Virus record (IMG/VR): IMGVR_UViG_3300017909_001085
Span: 32,001-96,000 of that record
Source of the DNA: a virus
Lineage: Duplodnaviria > Caudoviricetes
Strand: one strand, 5' to 3'
DNA: 64,000 bases
The translations under genes and the position numbers were made by a program. Shown here in pieces: positions 36,675 to 46,900 of the stretch. Below the pieces are notes generated by a model that was not told the DNA's origin, searched no databases, and saw only the letters and a list, made by a program, of their open reading frames with translations. The first letter of the stretch is position 1, and every line of letters starts with the position of its first letter.

Positions 36675-37205
36675 TTATGTCAAGTTATAATGGTCGCCAG
36701 CAATTTCGCTGAGAGTTAAAAATCCTTCAGCAAAAGTGATAGACGGACCATCGTTTTCAACCGCTACATAAACTCCGACTGCTTGTGCATTTGTTGTTCC
36801 CGGAGCATGAAGATGGTTCATATAAATCGCTGAACTAAACCCATAGTGTCTCCAGTTTTGTCTACCATTGTTTTCACCAAACTGTTGATTTTGATGATTA
36901 TGACCACCACTTCTGTTCGGGTTGTTACCAATAATACCTCTATAGAAATATTCATCGCTACCATTCACAACAAATTTTGCGGCGCCTGCGTGATAACCAT
37001 TGGTGATGCCAGTTGCAGTTTGATATGCTGAACCAGTACATACTATTTCTAGATGACTATCAGTATACTGTGGTGTCATCGTCACATCTGAACCCCACTG
37101 ACCATAAGTCGATGATGTTTGCGACTTATCCGCCATATCTGCTCCGTAGTGTGCTACAAGAACGGATCCATACACAATATGTTTTGTTACTTTAGTTAGT
37201 GCCAT
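36675..37205 (-). CDS. Tail-fibre tip / receptor-binding-like protein, paralog 3
   Basis: MALTKVTKHIVYG, MTPQYTDS, HNHQNQQFGENNGRQN insert. Confidence 0.6.
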   Translation of the reverse strand: MALTKVTKHIVYGSVLVAHYGADMADKSQTSSTYGQWGSDVTMTPQYTDSHLEIVCTGSAYQTATGITNGYHAGAAKFVVNGSDEYFYRGIIGNNPNRSGGHNHQNQQFGENNGRQNWRHYGFSSAIYMNHLHAPGTTNAQAVGVYVAVENDGPSITFAEGFLTLSEIAGDHYNLT

Positions 37206-37449
37206 TTCTAAAACCCTTTTTCTATATCCTATTTATGTAAGATTATATCCTTCACCTGCGAGTTCAGTTAAAGTGATGAATCCTTCTGCAAATTCTACTG
37301 TAATACCATTTGAAGTTGCAACTTCACACTGTACAGTCTGTCTATTCAATCCTGGTCGATGCATATGGTTCATGTAAATTGTTGATCCTTGACCGTATAT
37401 CCGAAAGTTTTGTCGACCATTGTTTTCACCAAACTGTTGATTTTGATGA
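36864..37449. repeat. 34-nt exact direct repeat (36864-36897 and 37416-37449)
   Basis: ACCATTGTTTTCACCAAACTGTTGATTTTGATGA occurs in both paralog 3 and paralog 2. Confidence 0.9.
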
Positions 37450-37754
37450 CTATGACTTCCACTTCTCTGTTGATAACCCCCTATTACATCATTCATTATA
37501 TATTCTTCTTGTCCGTTTATATTAAATCTTACTTTACCATAACCAGTTCCTGCTGGCATATTTGCAGTTATTCTAGCACTACCAGTTAGCATTATCTCTA
37601 AATAACTATCATCAAACTGAATATCAATGTCATGAGCATTTCCCCATGATACAAAACTTGAACTTGAAGTATTTACATCTGTTAAGTCTGCTCCATAATG
37701 TGCAACTAACACTGCTCCATATACAACGGTTTTCTTCACCTTTTTCAGTGCCAT
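37233..37754 (-). CDS. Tail-fibre tip / receptor-binding-like protein, paralog 2
   Basis: MALKKVKKTVVYG, HSHQNQQFGENNGRQN insert. Confidence 0.6.
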   Translation of the reverse strand: MALKKVKKTVVYGAVLVAHYGADLTDVNTSSSSFVSWGNAHDIDIQFDDSYLEIMLTGSARITANMPAGTGYGKVRFNINGQEEYIMNDVIGGYQQRSGSHSHQNQQFGENNGRQNFRIYGQGSTIYMNHMHRPGLNRQTVQCEVATSNGITVEFAEGFITLTELAGEGYNLT

Positions 37755-37767
37755 GTTTTATACTCTC

Positions 37768-38295
37768 TTAGTTCACATAATTATTACTTGGTGTACCAAG
37801 TGTGATACCACCAGCGACTTCTTTCACCATCAAAAATCCACCTCTACATTCTAAGTTTCCGCCAGCATTATTATTAGTTCTATTACATTGAATAGTAGCA
37901 GTTTGTAAGTTTGTAGTTCCAGGTAGATGTCTATGATACAAGTTTATAGATTTACCTTCTCTACGACCAGCGGCACTGGAATATGACCTATCAAATACTG
38001 AAACGGATGCGGCATCATTTACCGTATATTCTGTACTTCCATTAATATCTAAATACAGATTTACTCGAGGACTATCATATACACCCTGGTTAGGTGCAGA
38101 ACTATCTGACTGATGTGACATAGTTCCACTGCAACGACATTCCATAATTGAATCCGCATATTCTGGTGTCATGGTAATGTTGTCCCATGCTACAGCAGTT
38201 GTGCTTGTTGTGTCTAAGTTCGACATATCTTTATAACGAACTTGAACGATAGTTGCTCCATATACAATGTGTTTTGTTAATTTTGTTAATGCCAT
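37768..38295 (-). CDS. Tail-fibre tip / receptor-binding-like protein, paralog 1
   Basis: MALTKLTKHIVYG, MTPEYADS, HLPGTTN, KEVAG. Confidence 0.6.
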   Translation of the reverse strand: MALTKLTKHIVYGATIVQVRYKDMSNLDTTSTTAVAWDNITMTPEYADSIMECRCSGTMSHQSDSSAPNQGVYDSPRVNLYLDINGSTEYTVNDAASVSVFDRSYSSAAGRREGKSINLYHRHLPGTTNLQTATIQCNRTNNNAGGNLECRGGFLMVKEVAGGITLGTPSNNYVN

Positions 38296-38307
38296 TTTCC
38301 TCTACCC

Positions 38308-40683
38308 TTAAATAAATCTTACAACTTCTAGTTTTGTAGCATCAACTGGAATCGTTGTCATATACAACTTATTACCAATAATGATATACTGTGTCGGGTC
38401 TTGCAATTCACCCTCTAAGTAAACCAAAAGTTTTTGTTCGTTATATGTATCTTGCACTGTACCAAACGAGTGCTTTTCAAATACAAGGTCACCCAAATCA
38501 AAAATCTGCTGAGACCCATTACATGTAAATATTAGTTTTCTAGTTTCTAAATCAGTTTCACTAGAAGTTCCTGTGAAAGTAGTGATATCAAAAATACCTT
38601 GAACTTCAATAAATGCATCTTGAGAAGGTGCAGTATTGAATGTTAATGTAGTGCCACTCAATGCATATTCTTCTTCTCTTAGAACTTTACCATTTACTAC
38701 TACCATAACACCAAAGTCTGCAGGTGTAGTTGTTGATGTGAACGGAAGCGTAAACTGTGTAGCAGAACCAGTGCCTCTAAACATTGCTTTTCTTCTGTTA
38801 GCGGCGGCAACTTGTGTACACTTCAATACTTTACAATCGATGATTGATCCGAACGCAGGATTTTCATCAAAGAAGCACAATTTATTTTTTTCTACAAAGT
38901 AGGAATCATCATTTTGATATACACCATTAATATAAACCATGACAGCATCATCTGATGATGGGTGCAGTTCAATCGTTCCAGTAGCGGCGTCCATTAGACG
39001 AAGGAACTGATGGTCACCAGCACCTGTTGATGCTACGCCAGTCATTGTCATTTGTTTAGCATCTTGTGTATTGTGTCCAGCAGAAGAGTTGAGATTATCA
39101 AAGAAAATCATTTCAACATTTACTGATTGGTCAGATGAACCTGGAGCACCTCCGAAGGTGAATCCACCGCCACCATTATATTGATATGTAGTTTTGTCCT
39201 GAATAATACCATCAATGATAACCATCAGCAGATTTTCATCACTAAGTTGACCAAAAGACCCTTGTTTTGCAACATTCGGTGTGTTGGTCAGATGAAAACT
39301 TGCATTTGAACCATTCGATGACCAAACTATTCTAGAAACACTAGTATCAGAGACAAGAACAGTATCGTCATTACCTACAATTTGGTCAATTCTTCTAATT
39401 TCAACTTTGGCCGCTTGGTCATCAACACCAACATACGAACCTAAATCAACAATTTGATTTGACGCTCCTGAACCTTCGTTAAAATTTGCAGACATTACAG
39501 TGTATTGACTAAACGGTTGAATAATACCATCTACTGATACAAGAATATCTTCTTCAGTAGCAGGCAGTGCATAAGTCGTTTCTTTTTGATATTCGTTATT
39601 TGTAGAATCCCACACATGATTGTTTATGTCAAAATATCTTTGTCCGTTTCTATCTGTGACTGCAGTAATAGTTACTGTTGCATCATTTGTAGAACCACTT
39701 TGAATAATAGTTAGTACTTCGTTATTTTGGTAATTGTAAGCGAAATCACCACCACCTAAGTCTGTATTAAGTGCAACTGCAGTTACAACACCGCCAGAAG
39801 CAGTGATGTTCACTCTCATGCCTTGACCAGAACCACCTCTTGCTTCTAGATTGTTTGCAGTTGCATATCCTGAAGTACCTGCGGCAGTTGGCGTTGTATT
39901 AATAGTTGTGGGTACACCAGAGATGTGCTTCGACATTTGTACTCGTCTACCAAGGTTACTGTACGTTGTACCTTTAAGACCTCTAAACTCAATCGGAGTG
40001 TTTTCAGTTAATGCACTTTCATGAACATACTTGTACTCGTTTACAATTGCATATTCATTATGATTAGACATTACTGATGCACTAGCACCCCCTCTAAATA
40101 CAAGAAGATTGTTCTCATTATCATTCTTTTGGTGCATAGGCACAATGTTTTGTAGACCATCTGTGATTGCTCTAGTTCTTTTAATTGATAAGTTATTAGA
40201 TGCTTGCACGTTACCTGATGGGTCAATAACATCATAGATACCACGAATTTCTATTTCTTGGTCAACAGATGGAGTTTGAGTTAATACAACTTTACTTCCA
40301 ACTACAACATAATCTTTATCTTGAAGGACATCACCATTCTTTGTTACGATGATTGAGTATTCATCTGGTGGAGTGAATCCACATGAGAATATTCTCTGAG
40401 AACCATCTGCTACATAAGTCTTGCTTCTTACTGATTGAAATTCAGATGCTTTAAGTGCTTGAATAATAACTTCTGCGCCGTCTGCTGGAGCGTCTGACAA
40501 CAGTATAGTATTTGGATGCTTAAATACGAAATCTTGGTCGTTTAGATAAACACCATCGATATATACAGACAGTTGATTATCGCTGATTGGGATAAATTCT
40601 GTTCTGTATATCTTTCTCACACCATCGGCAATAAACCTCTGGGTTCTGATATTATTTCCTTTAGTTCTTCCAATGTAAGGCAT
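38308..40683 (-). CDS. Repeat-built tail fibre / structural protein
   Basis: About 8 copies of a (A/G)DG...F...V.(I/V)(D/N)G..Q...Y...G..L....P.....(I/V)E module; MPYIG N-terminus. Confidence 0.75.
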   Translation of the reverse strand: MPYIGRTKGNNIRTQRFIADGVRKIYRTEFIPISDNQLSVYIDGVYLNDQDFVFKHPNTILLSDAPADGAEVIIQALKASEFQSVRSKTYVADGSQRIFSCGFTPPDEYSIIVTKNGDVLQDKDYVVVGSKVVLTQTPSVDQEIEIRGIYDVIDPSGNVQASNNLSIKRTRAITDGLQNIVPMHQKNDNENNLLVFRGGASASVMSNHNEYAIVNEYKYVHESALTENTPIEFRGLKGTTYSNLGRRVQMSKHISGVPTTINTTPTAAGTSGYATANNLEARGGSGQGMRVNITASGGVVTAVALNTDLGGGDFAYNYQNNEVLTIIQSGSTNDATVTITAVTDRNGQRYFDINNHVWDSTNNEYQKETTYALPATEEDILVSVDGIIQPFSQYTVMSANFNEGSGASNQIVDLGSYVGVDDQAAKVEIRRIDQIVGNDDTVLVSDTSVSRIVWSSNGSNASFHLTNTPNVAKQGSFGQLSDENLLMVIIDGIIQDKTTYQYNGGGGFTFGGAPGSSDQSVNVEMIFFDNLNSSAGHNTQDAKQMTMTGVASTGAGDHQFLRLMDAATGTIELHPSSDDAVMVYINGVYQNDDSYFVEKNKLCFFDENPAFGSIIDCKVLKCTQVAAANRRKAMFRGTGSATQFTLPFTSTTTPADFGVMVVVNGKVLREEEYALSGTTLTFNTAPSQDAFIEVQGIFDITTFTGTSSETDLETRKLIFTCNGSQQIFDLGDLVFEKHSFGTVQDTYNEQKLLVYLEGELQDPTQYIIIGNKLYMTTIPVDATKLEVVRFI

Positions 40684-40698
40684 CTGTTATCTCTCTCT

Positions 40699-41034
40699 TT
40701 ACGGTGTAAATTCTAGTACATTGACAACAACATCCAAAGAACTTGCTCTTGATGCTTTTACTTTCACTATTTCTCCATCGTTCAAATTGATTGGTCGCTC
40801 AAGAACCGCTCCCAAGTTTGCTTGAACAGGATATAAGTATGCTACATGAAATTCATTACTTGCGCCATCGTCAATAACGATATTCACATACAAATCTTCA
40901 AGGTTGTATGTATTTGTAATGTAAATTGAATGAATAACAGCATACTTACCACTCGGTACAGTGTACAATGTACTTCCTGACCCTGTGGCAGATGCTCCAC
41001 TCACTTTTGTATTTTTGAATATACCTGTTGCCAT
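40699..41034 (-). CDS. Small fibre-region structural protein (paralog of 42770..43105)
   Basis: LYTVPS...I..N...L...ASSLDV..VLE. Confidence 0.7.
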   Translation of the reverse strand: MATGIFKNTKVSGASATGSGSTLYTVPSGKYAVIHSIYITNTYNLEDLYVNIVIDDGASNEFHVAYLYPVQANLGAVLERPINLNDGEIVKVKASRASSLDVVVNVLEFTP

Positions 41035-41057
41035 TTCTAGTTCCTATCTCTTATTCA

Positions 41058-41065
41058 TATTTATA
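41058..41065 (-). promoter_or_regulatory. T4-type late promoter
   Basis: Intergenic TATAAATA. Confidence 0.8.
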
Positions 41066-41069
41066 ATAC

Positions 41070-42767
41070 TTACGACATCGCAATTGCAAAGAAACCTAAG
41101 TCTTCGCCAAGTGCAGGAGGTGCGACAAGACTTCGTGCAAGTTTCTTCAAAGCACCACCATCAGATGCGTCTGATATAACCAAGTCATCTGAATTTTGCA
41201 CTGATGTTGCTCTTGTTAGACCGTTAATCAAGTTAGTTACTGCACCTGTCTGGTCGAGAGATGCGGCGCCAACTGAACCACTTGCAATGCTTGTCGTTAC
41301 TGACATTGTAGTATCTTGTAAATCTGTCATTGTTGATGATACTGTACCAGTCACATCACCAGTCAAAGTAACTGTGAGTGATGGGTCGTTAAATGTAGCA
41401 TCGATATAAAATCTGTTATTTGCATCGTCATGATGCAATGTGATTGCATTACCTGTACCTTGTACTGTTCCACCAGTATTTGATGTATTTTCGAATGCGC
41501 CTATTCTATCTCTTAATGCTTCAAGACCCGTTACTGATAAGTTATCGAAATCTACATTTGTTTTACCTGCTAGACTTGTAGTCATAGTTGCGGCAAAGTT
41601 TGCATCATCTCCAAGTGATGCGGCAAGTTCATCAAGCGTATCAAGTGCGGCAGGTGAACTATTAATTAAGTTAGCAACTGCAGTTCTGACATATGCAGTT
41701 GAAGCAACTCTCTGTCCGTTATCTGTTTGTTCTGCAGTAAATACATTCATATCTACTGTATTAGGTATAGTAACTACACGTTGATTACCCTTTGTAATAG
41801 TTATTGTTGCGCCAGCACTTTCTGTCGCAGTTGAAGTTCCGTCTGCAGAACGAACTGTAAGAACATCGTTTGTTTTTGATATAACTCTAAATTCTTTATT
41901 ATTATTTGATTGAGCGGCACCAGTTACTTCGATAACATCACCATATGATACACTACCGAAAGATGATCCACCACCTGTGATTGTATTACTATTACTAAAT
42001 GATATATTTGTTACTGCAGTGACAATGTTAGTAGGGTTGGCATTCTTTGTCATGTCAATATAGAAACTATCAGCATGTGATGCTTTTGTTCCTTCTACAA
42101 TAGAGAAACCACCACCTGAACCTGTGACATTGTTATGAAGAATAAGTTTACCTGCACCCATACCAAAACCGCCTGCATTATTATTATTGTTATCAGTAAA
42201 TCTTACTTCTGTTCCAGCGGTTGCTTTAGGTGCGTTACTGTCTTTTATTGTAAGTAAAGGATTAGTACCAGTTTGTGTTATACTGTTATTATTAATTGCT
42301 ACAGCATCATTCAATTCTGTTTGACCAGTTACAGTCAGTTTAGTATTGAGTGTAAGTCCAACATCAGGATTATGTGTAAGCGTTACGTCTTGGTCATCGC
42401 CAAAATAGAGTACTGAACTGTCTGCAAAATATGCATCTGAGAAACCTTTTGATGCAGAACCTATAGTCGCACCATCGTTTGCGTCAGGTAGTAAATCAGT
42501 ACCAACATTAATCGTAGGAACAGTTAAAGACGTTGTTGCTACAACATCATCAATGTACAAGTTAGCAAATCTTGTTCCAGTTGCTCCAATATCATGTGTG
42601 CTATCTGCACTTGCTAGTATACTATTAGCAATAGTCGTTGATGCATCTGCAATTGTAATTTTAGTTGCTGTTGCGTTGTCATCAATACCTGTTGATGCAA
42701 ATGTGGTGATTGTACCACCATCTACTCTGTTACCTGATACTCTCGGTTGTGCGCCTACATACTTCAT
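41070..42767 (-). CDS. Tail fibre protein
   Basis: STGIDDNAT, HDIGATGTRFANLY, VASTAYV, SPAALDTLDELAASLGDDANFA (classic fibre motif), LTGDVTG. Confidence 0.85.
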   Translation of the reverse strand: MKYVGAQPRVSGNRVDGGTITTFASTGIDDNATATKITIADASTTIANSILASADSTHDIGATGTRFANLYIDDVVATTSLTVPTINVGTDLLPDANDGATIGSASKGFSDAYFADSSVLYFGDDQDVTLTHNPDVGLTLNTKLTVTGQTELNDAVAINNNSITQTGTNPLLTIKDSNAPKATAGTEVRFTDNNNNNAGGFGMGAGKLILHNNVTGSGGGFSIVEGTKASHADSFYIDMTKNANPTNIVTAVTNISFSNSNTITGGGSSFGSVSYGDVIEVTGAAQSNNNKEFRVISKTNDVLTVRSADGTSTATESAGATITITKGNQRVVTIPNTVDMNVFTAEQTDNGQRVASTAYVRTAVANLINSSPAALDTLDELAASLGDDANFAATMTTSLAGKTNVDFDNLSVTGLEALRDRIGAFENTSNTGGTVQGTGNAITLHHDDANNRFYIDATFNDPSLTVTLTGDVTGTVSSTMTDLQDTTMSVTTSIASGSVGAASLDQTGAVTNLINGLTRATSVQNSDDLVISDASDGGALKKLARSLVAPPALGEDLGFFAIAMS

Positions 42768-42769
42768 GA

Positions 42770-43105
42770 TTAAATGTCCTCTAATATACTAGCGATTACA
42801 TTCAGTGATGATGCTGTATTTGACGTTACTGCAAGTTTATCGCTCTCTGCTAGAACAATTTTCTGTCCACTAATAAATGAGAGTGTCGAGTTCGCTGGTA
42901 TGTTTAGATTGTTTCCAATCACAACATATGAAGTTGCAGAGTTATCATAAATTTCAACATCAACTGTAATAGCACTAGAATGAACATTAGCGAGTTCTAG
43001 ACTAATAATCATACTACGCTTTCCTGTTGCGGAAGGAGCAGTATACAAATCAGTTCTAGCGGTTCCAACGCCACTTGCTATACTATTTTGAAAGTCGTTT
43101 GCCAT
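42770..43105 (-). CDS. Small fibre-region structural protein (paralog of 40699..41034)
   Basis: MANDFQN, LYTAPS, IPANSTL, KIVL, ASSLNVIASILE. Confidence 0.7.
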   Translation of the reverse strand: MANDFQNSIASGVGTARTDLYTAPSATGKRSMIISLELANVHSSAITVDVEIYDNSATSYVVIGNNLNIPANSTLSFISGQKIVLAESDKLAVTSNTASSLNVIASILEDI

Positions 43106-43129
43106 TTTATTCCTCTATCTTTCTACTAT

Positions 43130-43471
43130 TTATTCAACAAATCCATGAGCATCAAAATCAGTAACATCTCCGAATGATGCCATAGGATGCATATCGTATG
43201 CTTGTGGTTCTGCTTCACTAATTCTAAAAGTATCAATTTCATCTTTTAGATTATTCATACTTTCTACTAGACTTTCTGAACCAGGACGGAGAGTTGCATC
43301 AATTGTTGATAAGTCGCCTAAATCACTTTTTATCAAATTAACACCACCGGTCAAGTTGTTACCTAAGTCTGTGTTAAGACCTGCTAAGTCTCCAACTTTC
43401 TGTCCGAGTGTGTTTGTATTATCAAACCACTGCTTCATACTAATTAATCTTGTAAAATCAATAATCGCCAT
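43130..43471 (-). CDS. Short fibre-like coiled protein
   Basis: QW..NTN...VGDL..L, LVESMN repeats; paralog of the adjacent 93-aa ORF. Confidence 0.6.
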   Translation of the reverse strand: MAIIDFTRLISMKQWFDNTNTLGQKVGDLAGLNTDLGNNLTGGVNLIKSDLGDLSTIDATLRPGSESLVESMNNLKDEIDTFRISEAEPQAYDMHPMASFGDVTDFDAHGFVE

Positions 43472-43473
43472 TT

Positions 43474-43755
43474 TTATGCAAACGCAATCAATACTGGTCT
43501 AGTCAATGCTGAAGAACCACTTAATGCATCAAAATCAGATTTGATTTCATTCATTGATCCCACAAGACTGGACTTCTGTGCAGTAGTTAGTTGCGTCAAG
43601 TCTCCTTGTTCGTTGTCTAGTTCGTTTAATCCACCCACTACGTTTGTAGCAGTTGTAGTGATTGTAGCAGTGTCACCAAGATTAGTAGAGATAGTATTAG
43701 TTTTACTTCTCCATTGGTCTAAACTGTCTGTTATATTTACTACTGTTACTGCCAT
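43474..43755 (-). CDS. Short fibre-like coiled protein
   Basis: TDSLDQWRSKTN (T4-like fibre N-terminal motif), TTAQKSSLVGSMNE. Confidence 0.65.
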   Translation of the reverse strand: MAVTVVNITDSLDQWRSKTNTISTNLGDTATITTTATNVVGGLNELDNEQGDLTQLTTAQKSSLVGSMNEIKSDFDALSGSSALTRPVLIAFA

Positions 43756-43756
43756 T

Positions 43757-43981
43757 TTATTTCTCCAAAACTTTTATAAGCATGTTTTTTATTTCACTCA
43801 TTTCATCTTTGAGAGTATTTATCTCATCACATAGAGTGGCAACTCTTTGCTTTTCTGCTTGCTTGTTTCTTTGTATAGTCATATATCTGCTATATTCAAC
43901 TCGGTTAGAATTAACAATACCTCCACTATGACGGTCTCTAAGTAAATCAGTATGTCCTTCAATTCTTATGTGTTTGCTCAT
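43757..43981 (-). CDS. Conserved small protein downstream of the large structural protein
   Basis: IEGHTDLLRD..SGGIVN and a coiled-coil C-terminus (EINTLKDEMSEIKNML). Confidence 0.8.
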   Translation of the reverse strand: MSKHIRIEGHTDLLRDRHSGGIVNSNRVEYSRYMTIQRNKQAEKQRVATLCDEINTLKDEMSEIKNMLIKVLEK

Positions 43982-43982
43982 A

Positions 43983-46900
43983 TTACAACGCCAATGCTAT
44001 AACTCTCAAGTTCTTTATCTTAGGTACAAACGATGTGTTTGTAGATTTCATAACAATCTTAATTGCTACTGCAGAAAACTCTGCTAATCCCTCTACTAGA
44101 TGAGTTCTCTCTCTAAAGACTGTAGGATCACCATCTGCACTATCAGACACTTCAGTATCAACTTTTCTAAATGGAATTGTTTCAAACTTTTGTTCAGTGC
44201 CATCAGTAATTACTTTATAGTACACATCAACAGTACAAGATGCAGGTCTATTCATTTCATACACTATCTTAATTGCTGTAGATGGATTCTCTAGAGTAAA
44301 TCTTCTAGTCACATAGTTTGCTAAGTTCGATGCTCCAGATGGTGCAATGTCACTCAAAAACTTTTCATGCTGTACGATTGTTACTGCATTAGAAGCACTT
44401 TCATTAGTAGCAGGTACTGGTGTTGTTGTAATAGTTGCAGTTGTGCCATCGTTCTTATAATTACTAATCAAATACTTTTGATTGTTACCAGCATTTGCGG
44501 CACCTGATATTGTGATAAATTTACCAATATCTAAAGTATCAAACAATGCTCTTGCGGCAGTGTTTGTTGTAGTAATGTTACCATTTGTATTTGAGAATGC
44601 TACAGTTGTATTTGCACTTACTGCAGTTCTATCATCATGAGTACTTAGATTAACGTCTGTCTCAACTCTACTATCAATTCTATTTGAAATAGCACACAGA
44701 GATACACGCTGGGAATCAATCATTGGTGATACGAAATCATTCAGTGTATTAAATGTTGCTCTAATTCTAGCAGAGTATCCAACAGTTGCATTTTCATTTT
44801 CTTTTGAATTGATAATCATAGGTTCATCATATTCTTGATTTTGATTTTCTTGAACTGGTTTGAATCCAGTGAAAGTTCCGCCTGCTTTTTTCTGAACATT
44901 CATATCATATGTCAAAGATGATTGTGCAAAACGAATATTTGTGAGCGTAGGTTGAATAAGGTCTGCAACAAAGTTTCTAGTTGCTTGAACATTTCCACCC
45001 CCTACTGTATCACTAGACAATCCAGAGATACCGTTCACAACATTAGACGCATTGACTTCGATAACATAAGTATCATTTGTTACAGGTGCAACAACAGTAT
45101 GTTGTTTATTAAATTCAGTATGAGGTATGCCATTTGTAGTCGAGTTTGCTCCATAGAATCCAGAAGCAACATTAGCAATCGTTACTTTATCGCCTGCTGA
45201 TAGACCATGATTTCTTTGTGTAACACGAACTTTGTTAGTGTTAGGTGCAGTTTCAAATGGATTGTTATTAAGAACAGTGAAACCATTTCTCACATTCTTA
45301 AAGTCCATTACTGCGACACTACCCGTGAACGATGCACGATATATTGTCATCTTAATATCTCTAGTTTGATGCGGTGTCCATGTATTACCATTCTGTGATA
45401 AGAACATAGTACCAGTCAATGGGTTTCTAGAAATTGTTCTGTTATCTCCAAGATTACTCTCGCCAATATCAGAGAAGAATACTTTACATCCAGGTTGGTC
45501 AACTTTAATCAGCAATGCATAAGTGACTTCACCCGCCATGAACACTGGACTATCGAATGTCACAGTTGTTGGTACAGATGCATCTGTAGATACATTCACA
45601 TCTGCAACGTCAATAATTTTTTGTTGAAGAATTTTTAATCCAGGGAATCCATCTTTTGTATTAACAAGTTGAATAATGATAGGTCTTGTTCCTGCTTCAT
45701 TAAAATACAAATCAACTTTAGTAACCATAACACCATCTTTTGCTTCGTTGATAACAAAAGTTTGTGCTAGTGGATCGTGCTGACCGCAACCGCCACCTGC
45801 GCCTGAACCGCCGCCATCGCCGCCGTCACCACCGTCTGCAGATGGTGGTGGTTGAACTCTTGAAGTTCTTTGGAAACGAGTTGAACCAGTAATATTTCTT
45901 GATATTTCTCTTTCTTCTTCTACACGGTCACGAACAAATTCTGCTTGTCTAAGAGATAGAATAGTTTCTTCTCTTGTTTCATTAATACCTGTTGCGTGAA
46001 ATATTCTCTCCGCTTTAGTAGTGTGAACCCCAATTTCAATATTGTTTGTATTATTATCAATAAATCTTAAAGTTCTATCACCAGTTCTGAATTTAAGAGT
46101 GTCGGTGTTAGGTACTACGAATACACCAGTATAAGTACCCTCACTGTCAGTAATGTTATCATCTCCAAACTGTTTCAAGTTTTTGTATACATCTGTAGAA
46201 GTTGCATCTGATACGCTATTAACTGCAGTAATTGTACACAAATTCTTTGCGCCTAATGCATTGTCAATTGTTCCTGTAAGGTCATCACCAATTGCAAATC
46301 CATTCTTGATATTTGAAACATGGAATGTATGAGGAAGTGTATCTGATGTTTCTGTGTTTAGGTGTCCAGCATAACTGACAACTCCAGATGCTTGCTGTCT
46401 AGTTACAGTACCACCAGAGGTGTATGCAGTTACAGTAGTGATTGGCGTACCGGTTGCATCAAAATTAACAATCGTAAATGTGTTTGCACTAGTATCTACG
46501 CTTTCAACTCTATACTTACCTTCATTCAGTTCTGTCGAACCTACAATACTATCAAAAGTCACGACATGACCAACTGAGATACCTGATACGGTAGATGCTG
46601 TAATAGTCACGGTGTTACCAACTTTCACTACATTTGATATTGAAGTTGCTGTGTGAACAGAGTTTCTTACAACATCTCCAAGAGCAAATGCAAGCGCAGG
46701 ATATGCGATATCGGAATCTGGGTCTACGAAAGTACCAAAGTAACGAGCATCATCTGTATCGAATTCAACTCCAGGGTCTTGTAGTGGGTCAAACTGAAAA
46801 TCTGTTCTGTTTGGTGCAGTTACAGTAAATTTATCATCTGGTTTTACATATGCATTGATGTTGACATTATCAAAGAACCCATTGATTTTAGTTCTAGGTT

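Noticed and set aside
35529-38295. Diversity-generating retroelement or invertible shufflon as an explanation for the five paralogs
   Set aside because: No reverse transcriptase or recombinase in the window, no template/variable repeat pair differing only at adenines, and all copies are complete genes in one orientation.
45770-45850. Gly-rich GGDGGDGGGSGAGGGC segment as a possible intein/Hint start
   Set aside because: The Cys is followed immediately by the conserved DPLAQTF; there is no intervening Hint domain. It is a low-complexity linker.
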